A stretch of DNA of 63,799 nt, the filler included. It is 22 parts of 22 records of this genome, joined end to end, with 100 filler letters (N's around TTAATTAATTAA, not from the genome) between each part and the next. Parts side by side here need not be neighbours in the genome. Positions count along the whole stretch, not along the records: positions 1 to 2,229 come from SRR16133337_34656; positions 2,330 to 4,894 come from SRR16133337_34752; positions 4,995 to 7,290 come from SRR16133337_34809; positions 7,391 to 10,125 come from SRR16133337_34829; positions 10,226 to 12,717 come from SRR16133337_34975; 17 more parts are not named here. One strand, given 5' to 3'. The notes under the pieces were generated by a model. It ran no database searches. It was not told the origin of the DNA and worked only from the letters and a program-made list of their open reading frames with translations. Positions within the stretch are counted from its first letter, which is position 1, and the number at the start of each line of letters is the position of its first letter. Both the position numbers and the translations under genes were made by a program. This document shows positions 1 to 12,154 of the stretch, one piece after another.

Positions 1-444
1 GGGGTCGTCATTCTTTTATATACACGTACAATGAAGTCTTGTGGATCTTTTTTCATAAATTGTTCCCTTCGGAAATGTACAACTTAATAAAACAAATATA
101 GTCTACCTATGTGTTTTGTTCATATCACGAAAACTTGCTGCTGCAGGTGCAAGCATACTTTGCTAATTTTTGGATGGATTTTGTTATTTTTGAATCTCTC
201 ACGTCTTTCATTTTTGCAAAATTCCACTGTTTTCCTATGTTGAAATATTATGTGTATAGATAGGGATGTGATGTTCTTGTGAAAAATCTGTGCAATGTAT
301 TGTTGACATTTATCAAAAGCATGAATTTTTCCCCAGAAGTTTGAATTTTTTTATGAATACCTTCTCCAAGAGACTTCTGTTCTTCAGTATCCATCTTAAA
401 CACTAAAAACATAAAAGAATTGAATGTGTGCTATTATGTTTTAG

Positions 445-1000
445 ATCAGCACAGGCAAACGAGTCCTTGAACAAAATTTTGAAGAAGCTGAAAACAAAAA
501 GCAACAACCACACGGATCCAACTCCACACGCAAATCCCGGAGACGATTGGTTCAAGTTTGTTTTTCGCAAGAATTCTTTCACTCAATTTATAGAACCCGT
601 TGTGAAGCCGACGAAACTACAAATGTCTTCACCAAATTACATACCAAAAACAAAGAAAGAACGTCAACGGTACATCATTTCTCCAAAAGAAATCACATAT
701 GGACAGTGCGAGAAAAAAATAGTGGACAAAATAATACTATGTGCTCAAAAACAAAAACTTTCTGATGAATTTTCAACTCTGAAATCCCATACAGAAACGA
801 AAGAAAGTTTTGAAATTCCTCTTCCTTTACTAATACAGGAAGATGATGTGATCAATTATTCACGAGCATTACAAAAACAAGGGAGGGAGGTAGATGTTGA
901 ACAAACTGAAAAGGAAGATGAAAAAGACATTGTGGTAAATGAGTTGCGGGTTGGTCAGTTTGGCGAGTTTGATTCTGATGACTCAGATTTTGATGAGTAA
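445..1000 (+). CDS. Probable terminal exon of an unknown eukaryotic protein
   Basis: Open frame 428-1000 with a ttttag acceptor at 439-444 and an acidic C-terminus (FDSDDSDFDE). No family recognised. Confidence 0.4.
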
Positions 1001-2229
1001 TCATGTACATATTATTAAAACATTTCAAATTTGACAAAAATATTTCCACCAAATTGTACATGCGCGTCATATGTGTTGACATACACACAGTCTCCAGGAG
1101 TGCAACGGTATAATCAAATTTCAAAATTTCAGCGTAAGTATTATTTCAAACTTTACGCGAGCAGATAATGATCTCCCACAGTATTTTGTTTTTAGTGCGG
1201 TAGTGTATCATATGGACTCCGAAAATTTGTTCCTTCAAATGTGAAGAACTTTCGTAATAACAAATGAAAAATCGATTTATCGTTCTCCAAAGTGAATTCA
1301 TCCACGCAACAGGATCATACTACGTTATTGAAACAACTCGCCCTGTCCATATTCTAAAAATTAAACATTTTTTAAAAAAAATTATTGTGTTTACTGAATT
1401 GTCCACATTTCATAAAATAAAAAAAGTTTCACAGTGTAAATCGTTTTGTAGTTGTATGTATTGTGATTCAGATCGTAATTACCAATATATTTGCTTTTTA
1501 GGAAAACATATGGGTTTATTTTCGAGAACAATGAATCAACTTTCGGGTTGTTTTCATAAACGTTTTTCACATTTGAACATGAAGAATCCTAACGTCATGT
1601 GCATTTTTTTTCAATTTGTGTGTTTTGTTCCATGATCGAAACACTACCACTCGTCAAAAATTAATGCAATAAAAACAATCCGTAATCGAGAACGAATTCG
1701 AACAAAAATATTGTTTTGAAAATCCTTACATAGTCTCCTATTTAAGAAGTGGTTTGTAAAAACGGCATTTACATTTTTGGACTCCTGTCGTCTCGTTATC
1801 ACATTTGGACATACATGTCTTCATTTTCACCTAGAAAATATGATCGTAGCATCATTTACCCTTACATAAAATTTGTGAAACACGATACATGAGAAGACGA
1901 CATGCTCAAAAGGCACACGTTCTGTTTTCCCAATTACCTATGAGACGCTTTGAAACATGCGACTAGTTTGTGCAGAAACATCTTACAATTGTAAAAAAAC
2001 CACGAAACAACACAAAATCCACAACTTCAACACACAACAATTGATCTGTCCATTAAACACGCAAACTTATTTTTACAACGGAATATATACTATTCACTCA
2101 GTTTTTCAAAAAGCTGTGGTTTCGTTTCCAACATTGCCCATGTACCTGATGTGTAAATTTACGAATATTTTGTTCCCCTGCAGGTGATATCAATGAATAC
2201 CTCCTATACAGACCATATCAATGAATAAC

Positions 2230-2329
2230 NNNNNNNNNNNNNNNNNNNNNNNNNNNNNNNNNNNNNNNNNNNNTTAATTAATTAANNNNNNNNNNNNNNN
2301 NNNNNNNNNNNNNNNNNNNNNNNNNNNNN
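2230..2329. other. Artificial contig linker (first of 21)
   Basis: 100-nt N-run/TTAATTAATTAA/N-run giving stops in all six frames. Copies start at 2230, 4895, 7291, 10126, 12718, 15113, 20233, 24066, 27421, 29731, 31949, 35201, 37479, 39906, 43301, 48482, 52540, 54827, 56978, 59228 and 61508. Confidence 0.99.
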
Positions 2330-2366
2330 AGCCTACTGCTTATAGCTTATAGCCAAAAAACAAAAA
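2330..2366 (+). repeat. Heptamer tandem module (GCCTACT/GCTTATA) of the bacterial intergenic repeat family
   Basis: agcctactgcttatagcttatagccaaaaaacaaaaag is near-identical to 52640-52668, which has one unit fewer. Confidence 0.8.
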
Positions 2367-2390
2367 GGGGCTTTATAGTTTTTTTTTAAC

Positions 2391-4226
2391 TTAGTGATAT
2401 GATACTTGTTCAGAACTAATGGGTTTCTGGACGGAATTTAATTTACGTACCTTCTTAATATGGTAATGCCTTAAATTATGCTCTACCTGACGAGAAGAAC
2501 TAAAATTGGAAATACGTTTTAGATAACCGATAACTCTTGTCCCATAATCCACATTACTAGAACCACATTTACCACATTTTTGAAGTGTTTTTTTATCGAT
2601 AGAATTACATTCATTACAAATCGTAATTTTAATATTGAAACAGAAATAATTACATCCAGCTAATGCGGTTGCGTTTATTAATTTTAAAAATCCTTCTTTG
2701 CTGGGAGCTTCTTCTAGGTTTAAATGAAGTGCTGACCCCCCATCTAAATACTGAATGATCTCATTACCATGGAGTATTATTTTATCCAAAATATTAATAG
2801 AATTATCTTCTACTGGATAGAAATAGGAATTGTAGCAATCTCTAGGAACCAACAAATTCTCTTTTTGATCCCATTTGGCATTTTTTACGCCTAAATTTTC
2901 TGCAGGAACAAATTCAGTATTGAACAGATAACCATATTCTTGTTTTGCTTCTTTATTGGCTTCAAAAATTACTTTAAGATACTTGGTAACAAAATCTTTA
3001 TAAATAGGATTGTTTCCAACTTTAATACCTTGACTCTCTGCGGCTTCTACCATTCCATTAATTCCTATTGTCAAAAACTGTTTGTCTAAAGAGATAAATC
3101 CAGCATCATATACAGGTAACATTCCAGTAGACTTGTATTCTTCAATTAATTTGCGATAAGCAACTTGGTATTTATGAATTTTATCAATTTCTATTTTTAA
3201 ATCTTTACCTTTTTGTATCAAACGGTTCATGTTTAAAGTAATTACATTAATAGAACCTGTTGAAACACCTCCAGCTCCAAGTGAATAACTAAATGTATTA
3301 TCACTTATTTCATTTCTTAACCTACAGCATGATGCCAAACTATCTGCACTTTCAGATTGATAGATAAAAAAGGTGTTTCCTTCACTCAACTCTGTTGCAC
3401 ACATATTGGCAAATTCAACATCAACGGGCTTGCCTCCTTTGACTAACATAGCTGCTGTAACGACTGGAAAAGTTAAGACTGCTTTTTCTCTTTCTTTATT
3501 AAACCATTTCATGAAGAATTGTTGCAAATTTTTAAGGCTTTCCCACTGTGGTTTCGTCATATCTGGAAATACAAAATCGCCAAACATACTATTGAAATAT
3601 AGTTTGTCATATAGCGAAATATTCCAGAAAACAGATTGATAACCACGAGCAGCAGCTGGCTGATTAATAGCATAAACGGCGTGTTGGAGATGATTTGCTA
3701 TTAATTTTTCATGAGTGTTAAGATAATTATCCCCAAAATCTTTTCTCGCAAAATAATCGAAATACAATAAAAACTCTACTGTTGCTAAAGCACCTGCAAA
3801 TTGAGAACTCACCGCAAAAACAAGATTTACGAATTCTCCACAATAACTTTCCAAGTGTTGTGGAGCTTTACTTTCACCGCCCAATTTTAAGAGCCCATCA
3901 AATAAGAAAGGATACATGCTAATAGAAACACAATAAGGCTTTAAAGAAGTTTCATCGTGTACATATATCTCATGCTCTTCAATCTGACGGATATATTCAT
4001 TGGCGACATCTTTTCCAAACAACTTGTTTATTTTGTTCTTTATTAATTGTCTATTTACCTGTATATTAATGTCTTTATTCAGTTCTGCTTCCAAGGTAGC
4101 AATATTTTTCGAGGAAACATTTGCGTTGGCATCTATAGTGGAACCATCGGCAGCGTTGTTCGATTTAATGTAGTCTTCGATAAAATGGATCTTTTTGGAA
4201 ACCTGTTCTTTCGTTAATCTTATCAT
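2391..4226 (-). CDS. nrdD: Class III anaerobic ribonucleoside-triphosphate reductase, short form without ATP cone
   Basis: 611 aa. Motifs IYVHD, PYC, SCCRL, PAENL, zinc site CNEC..CGKC and glycyl-radical loop TRVIGYL. Paired with nrdG. Confidence 0.95.
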   Translation of the reverse strand: MIRLTKEQVSKKIHFIEDYIKSNNAADGSTIDANANVSSKNIATLEAELNKDINIQVNRQLIKNKINKLFGKDVANEYIRQIEEHEIYVHDETSLKPYCVSISMYPFLFDGLLKLGGESKAPQHLESYCGEFVNLVFAVSSQFAGALATVEFLLYFDYFARKDFGDNYLNTHEKLIANHLQHAVYAINQPAAARGYQSVFWNISLYDKLYFNSMFGDFVFPDMTKPQWESLKNLQQFFMKWFNKEREKAVLTFPVVTAAMLVKGGKPVDVEFANMCATELSEGNTFFIYQSESADSLASCCRLRNEISDNTFSYSLGAGGVSTGSINVITLNMNRLIQKGKDLKIEIDKIHKYQVAYRKLIEEYKSTGMLPVYDAGFISLDKQFLTIGINGMVEAAESQGIKVGNNPIYKDFVTKYLKVIFEANKEAKQEYGYLFNTEFVPAENLGVKNAKWDQKENLLVPRDCYNSYFYPVEDNSINILDKIILHGNEIIQYLDGGSALHLNLEEAPSKEGFLKLINATALAGCNYFCFNIKITICNECNSIDKKTLQKCGKCGSSNVDYGTRVIGYLKRISNFSSSRQVEHNLRHYHIKKVRKLNSVQKPISSEQVSYH

Positions 4227-4229
4227 GGT

Positions 4230-4691
4230 TTAATTTTTTAGGAATAAATGATTCAATACTTTATTTGTTTTTACTTCAATAAATTTCTGATTGGTTGTTT
4301 TGCTCTCTAATCCACCTAGTTCTTGAATCCAAAGTCCCGTCTTTAGCCAAGTTAATTCTGAAAGAGTCTCATTGTCCACCTCATTCAATCCTGTATATAA
4401 ACAAGTTGAAAATCCCATATTTTTAGCAATCCTGAGTTTTTGGATCAGTTCTTTTTGATGCCATTCTCCACCCATAAATAGTACGCAACTGGCAAAACCT
4501 TTGTATTGGTGAAGTATCTGAGTATATTTTTCCTGAGTAAGCTTTTCTCCAAAGCCTTCTTTCCATAAGTGAGGTGAATGGCATCCCTTACAACGAATCT
4601 TGCAACCTGTAATGGTAAAACAGATACTAATCTCGCCAGGAATCTCTTGTAATACTACTTGTATATTGAAGCAATACATATTGTCATCCAT
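4230..4691 (-). CDS. nrdG: Anaerobic RNR activating radical-SAM protein
   Basis: CKIRCKGC (CxxxCxxC), MGGE and CLYTG motifs. Ends 3 nt before the nrdD start. True start may be the second Met at 4679. Confidence 0.93.
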   Translation of the reverse strand: MDDNMYCFNIQVVLQEIPGEISICFTITGCKIRCKGCHSPHLWKEGFGEKLTQEKYTQILHQYKGFASCVLFMGGEWHQKELIQKLRIAKNMGFSTCLYTGLNEVDNETLSELTWLKTGLWIQELGGLESKTTNQKFIEVKTNKVLNHLFLKN

Positions 4692-4994
4692 TAAAATTTA
4701 CACTCATGATTTGATAGCCAAGAACTAAAAAAAGTTGTAACCAATCCATAACAAATATACTCCATCCTATTCCATTTTATGAGAATTTAGCCAATTATTT
4801 TTTATGGATAGCAAGACCCTATTTTCAAGCATTGCATCGCTATGGCTTCCTATTAAAACAGCGTTATGAGACCGTTGCCAAACCTATGTCAAATNNNNNN
4901 NNNNNNNNNNNNNNNNNNNNNNNNNNNNNNNNNNNNNNTTAATTAATTAANNNNNNNNNNNNNNNNNNNNNNNNNNNNNNNNNNNNNNNNNNNN

Positions 4995-6717
4995 TGCAGC
5001 TGCAAAAGCCGGTAATATGGGAACAGCAAAACAATTTGTTCGCCATGACCCAAAAGTTGTTGAACAAGTGGACGCAGAAGGACGAAGTGCACTTCATTGG
5101 GCAGCAGAATCTGGTGATCATCAAATGACGAAACATTTATTGAAATTGGAATGTGATGCAAATAAACCGGATGAAAAAGGTATAGGATGATTATATAAAT
5201 AGAAAAACGTCATGCTTTTGTTTGGGTACCATTCATAAATTTCGTCTCTAATTCCAGGGAGAATTTATGATTTTTGAAAAAGTTCGACTCATTGGACCCA
5301 AATTGTAAGGTCCCACGTACAACAATTAGTAGAACTCGCATTTGTTTACTATCTACTCAAAAAGATATTAGTGTAATTTGTGAGGATTGTTGAGAAGAAA
5401 TATATATGTTTTTCTCTCTACATCTACTGTGATTTCCATGGTGTTAGGGATTGGGACATAGCACATAACTATTAGTTGTGTTGCGGCAATTGTTTGAAAC
5501 TAAAGTGTTTCTTAAATACGTTTAATTGCCAACACTCATTCCAAAATGACAAAATAATGGCTTTGCAGGACAAGCCGAGCTCAGGAAGAAAAGTACTATT
5601 TTCTTTTTGCCTGCAATATGGATGTCAAATGAGCTATAAAATGACAAAACATGGTTTATTATTTGCATATGGGACATTTTTCTTGTTGTTTTTACTTTAT
5701 CAAGCTTTCCAATGGATATCTAAATCTGATCAGACCTATAGAGTTGTTTTTCTCATTGTTTGCGTAAAACTTCATGATAATGGAGAACCTCTCATCCATT
5801 CCATACACATCACATAACTTTGTCGAAGCAAGAAATGATGATGAAATGCTTTGTCTTTTTGTAGACACACAAATTTTCAGCATGTGATGAACACAATTAA
5901 GAAAAACAGTTATTCCGAAAGGAAGAGAAACAGTTTGGTTTTTGAACGAAAATGTGAAAAGTCAATTCCCCGAGATTTTGTTTTTTTGTTTTCAGGAAAC
6001 ATTATGTGTTGAAAGAATTTTTATCAAATGTAGAACATATCTTCCTGAACAACTAACGACTCCTTAGAAACAATTGTAATGATATTTTCAAAATGAAAAT
6101 GAGTTTTCTTTGTTACCTGATCTCCAAAATGACAAGAAATGTGTATTTCACACGAAGATTTTTAAAAACACAAAACGTTGAGGATTTCAAATAACAAAAT
6201 ATGAGTATATCAAATTTGCGCTGTCAAATGTTTTTTTTAAAAAAAGATGTCGATTCGAAACTTTTAATTGACATGCTCATAACAGCCTACTAAATTAACT
6301 CATTTCATCATCTACATGGTTTAGGTTTAACGCCAGCAATGTATTCAATCCACAGCAATAATGTCGAATGCTTGGAAACAATTATGAATGACGAAAAAAC
6401 AGATCTCAATACCCTCAATTCATCAAAAGAAACAGTTTTTGCGTACGCTGCTAAACACGGAAAACGCGAAATATGCAAAAAACTTGTGGAAACAGGAAAA
6501 GTTGACCCTAATTATCCACCATCAAAACCGCCTATACATTCGGCTGTGAAATCTGGAGACACTGAAAGTGTTGCGTGTTTGTTGTCGTGTGGAGCAGATC
6601 CAAATTTTAAAGGAAAAAAACAGCGCACTGCGCTCCACCAAGCGGCGAAAAGGAGGGATGTTGAACTTTTGAAAATGTTGGTCGACGCAGGAGCAGATGT
6701 TGAGGCTGTGGATAAAG
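4995..6717 (+). CDS. Eukaryotic ankyrin-repeat protein, partial (exons 4995-5179 and 6325-6717)
   Basis: Repeats GRSALHWAA, GLTPAM, PPIHSAV and QRTALHQAA. Phase-1 GT-AG intron 5180-6324 joins in frame (DEK|GLTP). Next donor GTATGG at 6718. Confidence 0.85.
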
Positions 6718-7477
6718 GTATGGTCTTGTTATTTGTTCTTCAAGTTTGGATTAGAATTTTTCTTTTTTACGCCTTTTAAGTGATGAACAAAATATTGGTT
6801 TTTAAATTTGGCTGAGTTATGTTATTTAGTTTATGGTAACAAAACCTTATATTTATAGACAATGTATATTGTGCTCATCTTGTATGTATATACATTGACA
6901 CATATTTTGCCATGTGCGACACATTTAACAGTTTCATCAAACCATACTGGAAAAATAAATATTTGGTTTTTAAATGACAAAACACATGTATACATTCTGT
7001 TCATCTGCAATCCAGAAAAACTGCACACATGACTGTGGTGAGGGTGAATGGTGTGTTTGGGGTAATAGAACCCGAACAAGCGGTGGTTGCTAGCTAGATA
7101 GGGTATGTCGTGAGGAGTATGTGATGGTGAGCGAGAGGTGGGTGTTCGTAACATAAAGCGGGTAGCGTGTGCGGGTGGGAGTGGTGGTGGAGTAGAGGGG
7201 TGTTACTTGATGGCCTTTTCAAATTTTCAATTTTCAGAAGTGAGAAGGGTTCGAAGGTGCGGTGGTGTGTGGGTTTATTCATTGATATACNNNNNNNNNN
7301 NNNNNNNNNNNNNNNNNNNNNNNNNNNNNNNNNNTTAATTAATTAANNNNNNNNNNNNNNNNNNNNNNNNNNNNNNNNNNNNNNNNNNNNTGTGAAAACT
7401 TGCACAAACAGTGAAACGTCTCGAGAGATGGTTCATTTAAATATAATATTAGTTTATCCATGACACTGTGTCTGAAA

Positions 7478-7567
7478 TGTTGTGTCAGTGCATGATATAT
7501 GTTGTCCAGTGCGTGATATGTGTTGTACAGTACGTGACAGGTGTTGTGCAGTGCATAACGTGTCGTG
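7478..7567. repeat. ~21-bp diverged minisatellite, about 4 copies
   Basis: Units like tgttgtccagtgcgtgatatg and tgttgtacagtacgtgacagg. Confidence 0.65.
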
Positions 7568-7722
7568 TTTTTAATTCGCACAGTGCCTGTTGTTTTCCAT
7601 ACGGTTCATGTATTCCTAGGAATGTACAGGCCTGATGGCATGAATGTACATGGGTGTCAGAAAAAATGATTTCAGGAACAATAATATCAATGTAACAGAA
7701 TGCAGCAGCTTGTTTAATAAAG

Positions 7723-8460
7723 TCAAATTTGGTCGTAAACCGAAAGTTCATACGGCGATACACACGTCTCTCCTGGTAGATACCACGGGAAAATGCCACC
7801 TGCGACGAAAATGTTTGCGTTTTTTCTTCTGACACTATCCTCTGCAGGAACGAGATCGAGGAGGCCATATATGTGGTGGATCGGAATAACCATTCTGGTA
7901 GCTCCAACGCATGGTTTGCCCTTTGATTTGCGTGCACCGCTACCTTCAACCGTGCACAGTTTGTTGACGAATTCATTCTCATGCTGCGGATACCTGCCTC
8001 GCATCACTGTACAGAATCTAGCAGTGGCACGTTTATCACAACTATAAAGACGTATGAGAGCAAGTCTATACGTTTTGCGCGATTCGCCAGATTCATTTTC
8101 ATCATTCGTGGACACCTCGCCTTCGTGGATGGAGTAAAATGCGTCGATGAATGCAGGATAGAACTGCCAATATTTGTCGATGTTCACGTGACCATCGGCG
8201 AGTACCATCAACACACATGATCGGGTCGGCTTGGCTGGTGATCGTCTCATCGCGTTAGCAGTCATTCGCGAGCCGGTTAATCGATATCCGGTAGGACATG
8301 AAATGGAACAACGAGACAAGTCGATATTGTGCGACTCGCAAAACGCAGTCAGCATCGCAGAGCCGTGACGCTTCGTCAAATTCCCGAGCTTCGAATGTGC
8401 GCGTTCCAGTTCACCAAGTGATTCGTAATGTTTGACCGTCCCATCTAAAATCCAAAACAT
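7723..8460 (-). CDS. Hypothetical protein (eukaryotic contig, possibly TE- or virus-derived)
   Basis: 245-aa ORF in a higher-GC segment. No recognisable domain. Confidence 0.4.
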   Translation of the reverse strand: MFWILDGTVKHYESLGELERAHSKLGNLTKRHGSAMLTAFCESHNIDLSRCSISCPTGYRLTGSRMTANAMRRSPAKPTRSCVLMVLADGHVNIDKYWQFYPAFIDAFYSIHEGEVSTNDENESGESRKTYRLALIRLYSCDKRATARFCTVMRGRYPQHENEFVNKLCTVEGSGARKSKGKPCVGATRMVIPIHHIYGLLDLVPAEDSVRRKNANIFVAGGIFPWYLPGETCVSPYELSVYDQI

Positions 8461-9007
8461 GTATTACTTTTTGTCGTCCCATCACAATGCACACACGTGT
8501 ACACAGTACAATATTAGACATATATTTCAACGACACGTTCAACATGTCCAGTGTCACACATCCGGTGAGAACGACACATTCAATATAACTGACATACACT
8601 CAACAACGCAACCAGTGGCACCCAACGACACATTTAACGACATATCAAATTAATGTCATGCTCTGTGACTCATCCAACGATGCATAGAGTGGCACACACA
8701 ATACACACAACGAAATATTCTATGACACCTTAGTCAAATGTGCGATCAATACTAATATAAGACACATCTATACAGAATTAATATATCACACAACAACAAC
8801 ACGTAACGACTACACTTATCAAACACCAGAAGCAGGACTGGAAATATGGAGAACATACATCGAAGTCTGACAGACCACATGTACACCTGACATAACTCGG
8901 GCATCTGCAAAGTGTGATCATAACTCAGGCACCGGAACCAGGAAACACAGACCCACTAAGAAACCTTTTTGGTCAAAACGTGTCGTTCTCAGGGAACACA
9001 TTTCTAA

Positions 9008-9532
9008 TCAAGATTCCGCTTCTGACCAGTTGGCAGACTCACCTAAAACCCCAGCATATGGGTCGGATCCATTCGAGCTAGGACTTCGGCGTCGTGCGGC
9101 AAGCCATTGCTTCTGCAGAACCAGTTCCAAGATGGGTGGTAGCAGTGTGGTCGTGTGTTCTGGCGATGCGTCTGTGGTGGTGTGAGAGGCTTCTGTGTCA
9201 CGCGCGCGTTTGAGAGTCTTTTCTTTTCTAGGGGTGAAGAGATTGTTGAGTTTCTTGTAGAGGTGTGTGCCGAGTGCCTCTTTAGCTGGAATCCCATTCC
9301 ACACGGAGTCCGCGAATGATTTGAATGAACCTTCTGCCCAAGACATTCCGAGCTCGGTGCCGATCTGCCGCCCAGAAGTTGACCCCTTAGCTATCATGCC
9401 ATACATCTGTTCTGTTTTGTAGAGACGTGTTCCTTTGGGTGGAGACCACAGCGAGATGTCGGCTGCTGTGTGGAGTGAACGGTTGTGATTGTATACGACA
9501 CTTAGGCCCATAGAGGCGCGTGAACATTTCAA
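9008..9532 (-). CDS. Hypothetical protein or exon
   Basis: 174-aa ORF on the same strand and contig as 7723-8460. No domain recognised. Confidence 0.3.
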   Translation of the reverse strand: MKCSRASMGLSVVYNHNRSLHTAADISLWSPPKGTRLYKTEQMYGMIAKGSTSGRQIGTELGMSWAEGSFKSFADSVWNGIPAKEALGTHLYKKLNNLFTPRKEKTLKRARDTEASHTTTDASPEHTTTLLPPILELVLQKQWLAARRRSPSSNGSDPYAGVLGESANWSEAES

Positions 9533-9689
9533 CGAAGAATATTGAGAGGTTTTGGATGTTCAGGAGTTGGTTTCTTGTCATGAGAGCGGTGTTCAAATTC
9601 TGGAGAAGTGTACAGAGATACAATGCACATGACTCGCTGTTACACTTTCGTGGACATTTAAGACATAATCGAGATCTGCTTTCGAACAA

Positions 9690-10088
9690 TATTTTTGTCG
9701 GGTAATTCTTCCTAAAGCACATTTTTGGTTTAATCAGAAGACAGGGATTTTGTGTATCGGACTTTGAATATATTTTTTTCGGTAAATTTTTTCTGACAGA
9801 TGCGCGTTCCTGTTCGATGCAGTCAAAACGAATTTGGGTTCACTGCAAAGGCCAGACAATTTTCTGAAAACTTGGACCAATTTAAGAGTCTATTTTGTCG
9901 GTTAATTGTTCCGAAAGTATTTTGTTTGTTTAATTGGAAGACCGAGATTTTGTGTATCGGGCTTTGCATATATTTTTTCTGTAATTTTTTTCTTACGGAC
10001 GCGCGTTCCTGTTCGGTGTTGTCAAAACGAGTTTGCGTTCACTGCAAAGGCAAGATAAACTTCTGAAAAATTGGACCAATTTAAGAGT
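9690..10088. repeat. Two diverged ~200-bp tandem copies
   Basis: Blocks gattttgtgtatcgg, gcgcgttcctgttcg, gttcactgcaaaggc and ttggaccaatttaagagt recur at ~200-nt offset. Confidence 0.85.
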
Positions 10089-10814
10089 GGTTATTGATAT
10101 TCTTAGTTTTTCTGTTCCGTGAGGANNNNNNNNNNNNNNNNNNNNNNNNNNNNNNNNNNNNNNNNNNNNTTAATTAATTAANNNNNNNNNNNNNNNNNNN
10201 NNNNNNNNNNNNNNNNNNNNNNNNNGGTCGAAAATGTGTGGTTTTCGCACTATTTTCAATTGCAACTGGTACAAAAAACCCAAAATTGCGAATGCGTCAT
10301 CGATCACTAAAAGTAATTGAAATGTAGTGCGATGTGGACAGCGTTCCTATCACTTCCAACACGTTCAAGACAAGTTCAAATTGTGACTGCACACTAACAG
10401 CCATTGCCAGGCAAATCACCTAACCACCTGTTTGAAAATAGTCAATTTTAAATTTTAATTCTGAGTGTTTACTTAGAACGAGGGAAATCAAAACGATGGT
10501 CGAAATCATGACTCTGGAAAATATCAAAAGGCGCATTACCTGCATTGTGCCCTTTGTAAAAATTCAAACCTTCCCATCTCATAGTGAAATAATGCAATTG
10601 ATTCGACAACTCCAACTCGCATGGTTTCTTAATTATGCTGAAGGTAATATTTTTATGCGGTACGCGATCCCTGTGATTTTGATAAATAAGTAACATAACT
10701 TTTACTGAAAATCTCCTCAAAGTGTACCCAAAGTCAACACAAAGTTCATCCGAAACACATGCAAAGTGTACAGAAAAAGTCTACAACTCCGAGAAAAGTT
10801 TGTATGTATTTTAG

Positions 10815-11036
10815 TACCGACTGAACCTCCTACACAGATTCCCACGGAAACTCCGACTTCGGCTCCAACACTTGAACCGACAGAAACTCCGACTTCGTCT
10901 CCCACAGAAACCCCCACACTAACACCGACAGAAAGTCCGACACTGACTCCCACAGAGAATCCAACTTCAACCCCGACAGAAACTTCAACGCTAGCACCAA
11001 CAGAATGTCCCACATCCATGGCCACAGAACAATGCG
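10815..11036 (+). CDS. Exon encoding a Pro/Thr-rich (PTxx)n mucin-like stalk
   Basis: PTEPPTQIPTETPTSAPT..., flanked by a ttttag acceptor and a GTAAGT donor at 11037. Confidence 0.75.
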
Positions 11037-11589
11037 GTAAGTTTTTATCGTGGACAAATTCGCTCACCAAGAACTTTCACATGACATTGCAGATAGTAAT
11101 ATTTTTGGTGCAACTTTTTTATTCTTTGGTTTTTGTCCTTTTCAATGTAATGTAGAAAATCTCAGAGCTCTGGAATTACTTGGTGTTTTGTTAAGAATAA
11201 AATTGCGTGGTTGTGGCTTTTGATACTTGCACTCCTCCAACGATGCAATTTTCAACAAAAAGTTGCGTTTGCATAAGCTTTAAACCAATTAAACTATGGA
11301 AAAATCAAAACAGTACGGTAATCAGTTCAGAGTTTATGTTCATGTTTTAAAAATTTATTTTTGTGCAGCGGGTTTAAAATCTGGGTGGGATTCAATATCT
11401 GTGCACTGGTGAAGTAAAATTAACATTAAATCTGGTAATGGCGAAAATTTGGAACCAGAACACCGGTTTTGAACCTTTTGGTTGGTAAATTAGACCTTTG
11501 CACGGAGGTGGATGTCGGCTTCAATTCAGTAGATTCACGATTTGATTCGTTTGAAGGAATACTAGATGCTCTTCAGGTAAGCCAACAAA

Positions 11590-11900
11590 AGTAAAACCAC
11601 CAGAAAACTTTCGAAAACAATTTCAACAAGAAAAAAACTACCGGAAAACTTTTGGAAGCTACTTCAACAAAGGTGAAAGCACAACAAAACTTTCAGATGT
11701 TAATTTCAACAAGAAGTAAAACAAAAGAAAACTTTTGAGAGCACATTTCCATAAAATTACAACTACCATGAAAATTTCGGAAGCCATTTTCAGCAAAAGT
11801 AAAACAAGATACAATGCTTTCTCGGAAAGTTGAGTATTTTGCACATCTTAGATGTTCTCAAACGCCTACAATACATTTTGCACATCTTAGATATTCTGCA
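11590..11900. repeat. Diverged ~40-bp intronic repeats plus a 24-bp direct repeat
   Basis: aaaacttt...ttcaacaa units recur in 11600-11810. attttgcacatcttagatRttct occurs at ~11836 and ~11875. Confidence 0.55.
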
Positions 11901-12154
11901 GAACAATTTGTTTTGCCCTCGGCACTCCTGGTTTTAGACCATACAAATCCTGTCAGACAAACCACACACCCACCTCCCGACAATGTTTTGCGAAAAATTG
12001 TTTGCAGTGAGTATGTGGTGTTTTTGAATAACTCACACAATCCACGCACTGTTTCTTGAAAATTCTCATTTTAAAAAGGATGTTTCAGAACGACGAAGGG
12101 CGGAGTTACTCCGTTATGGTCGGTACACAATCGTGTATCATTGTATGTGTTTAG

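Noticed and set aside
4692..4894. NrdR box upstream of nrdG
   Set aside because: No convincing palindromic match. The nearby TATACTCC motif fits the IS-like family better.
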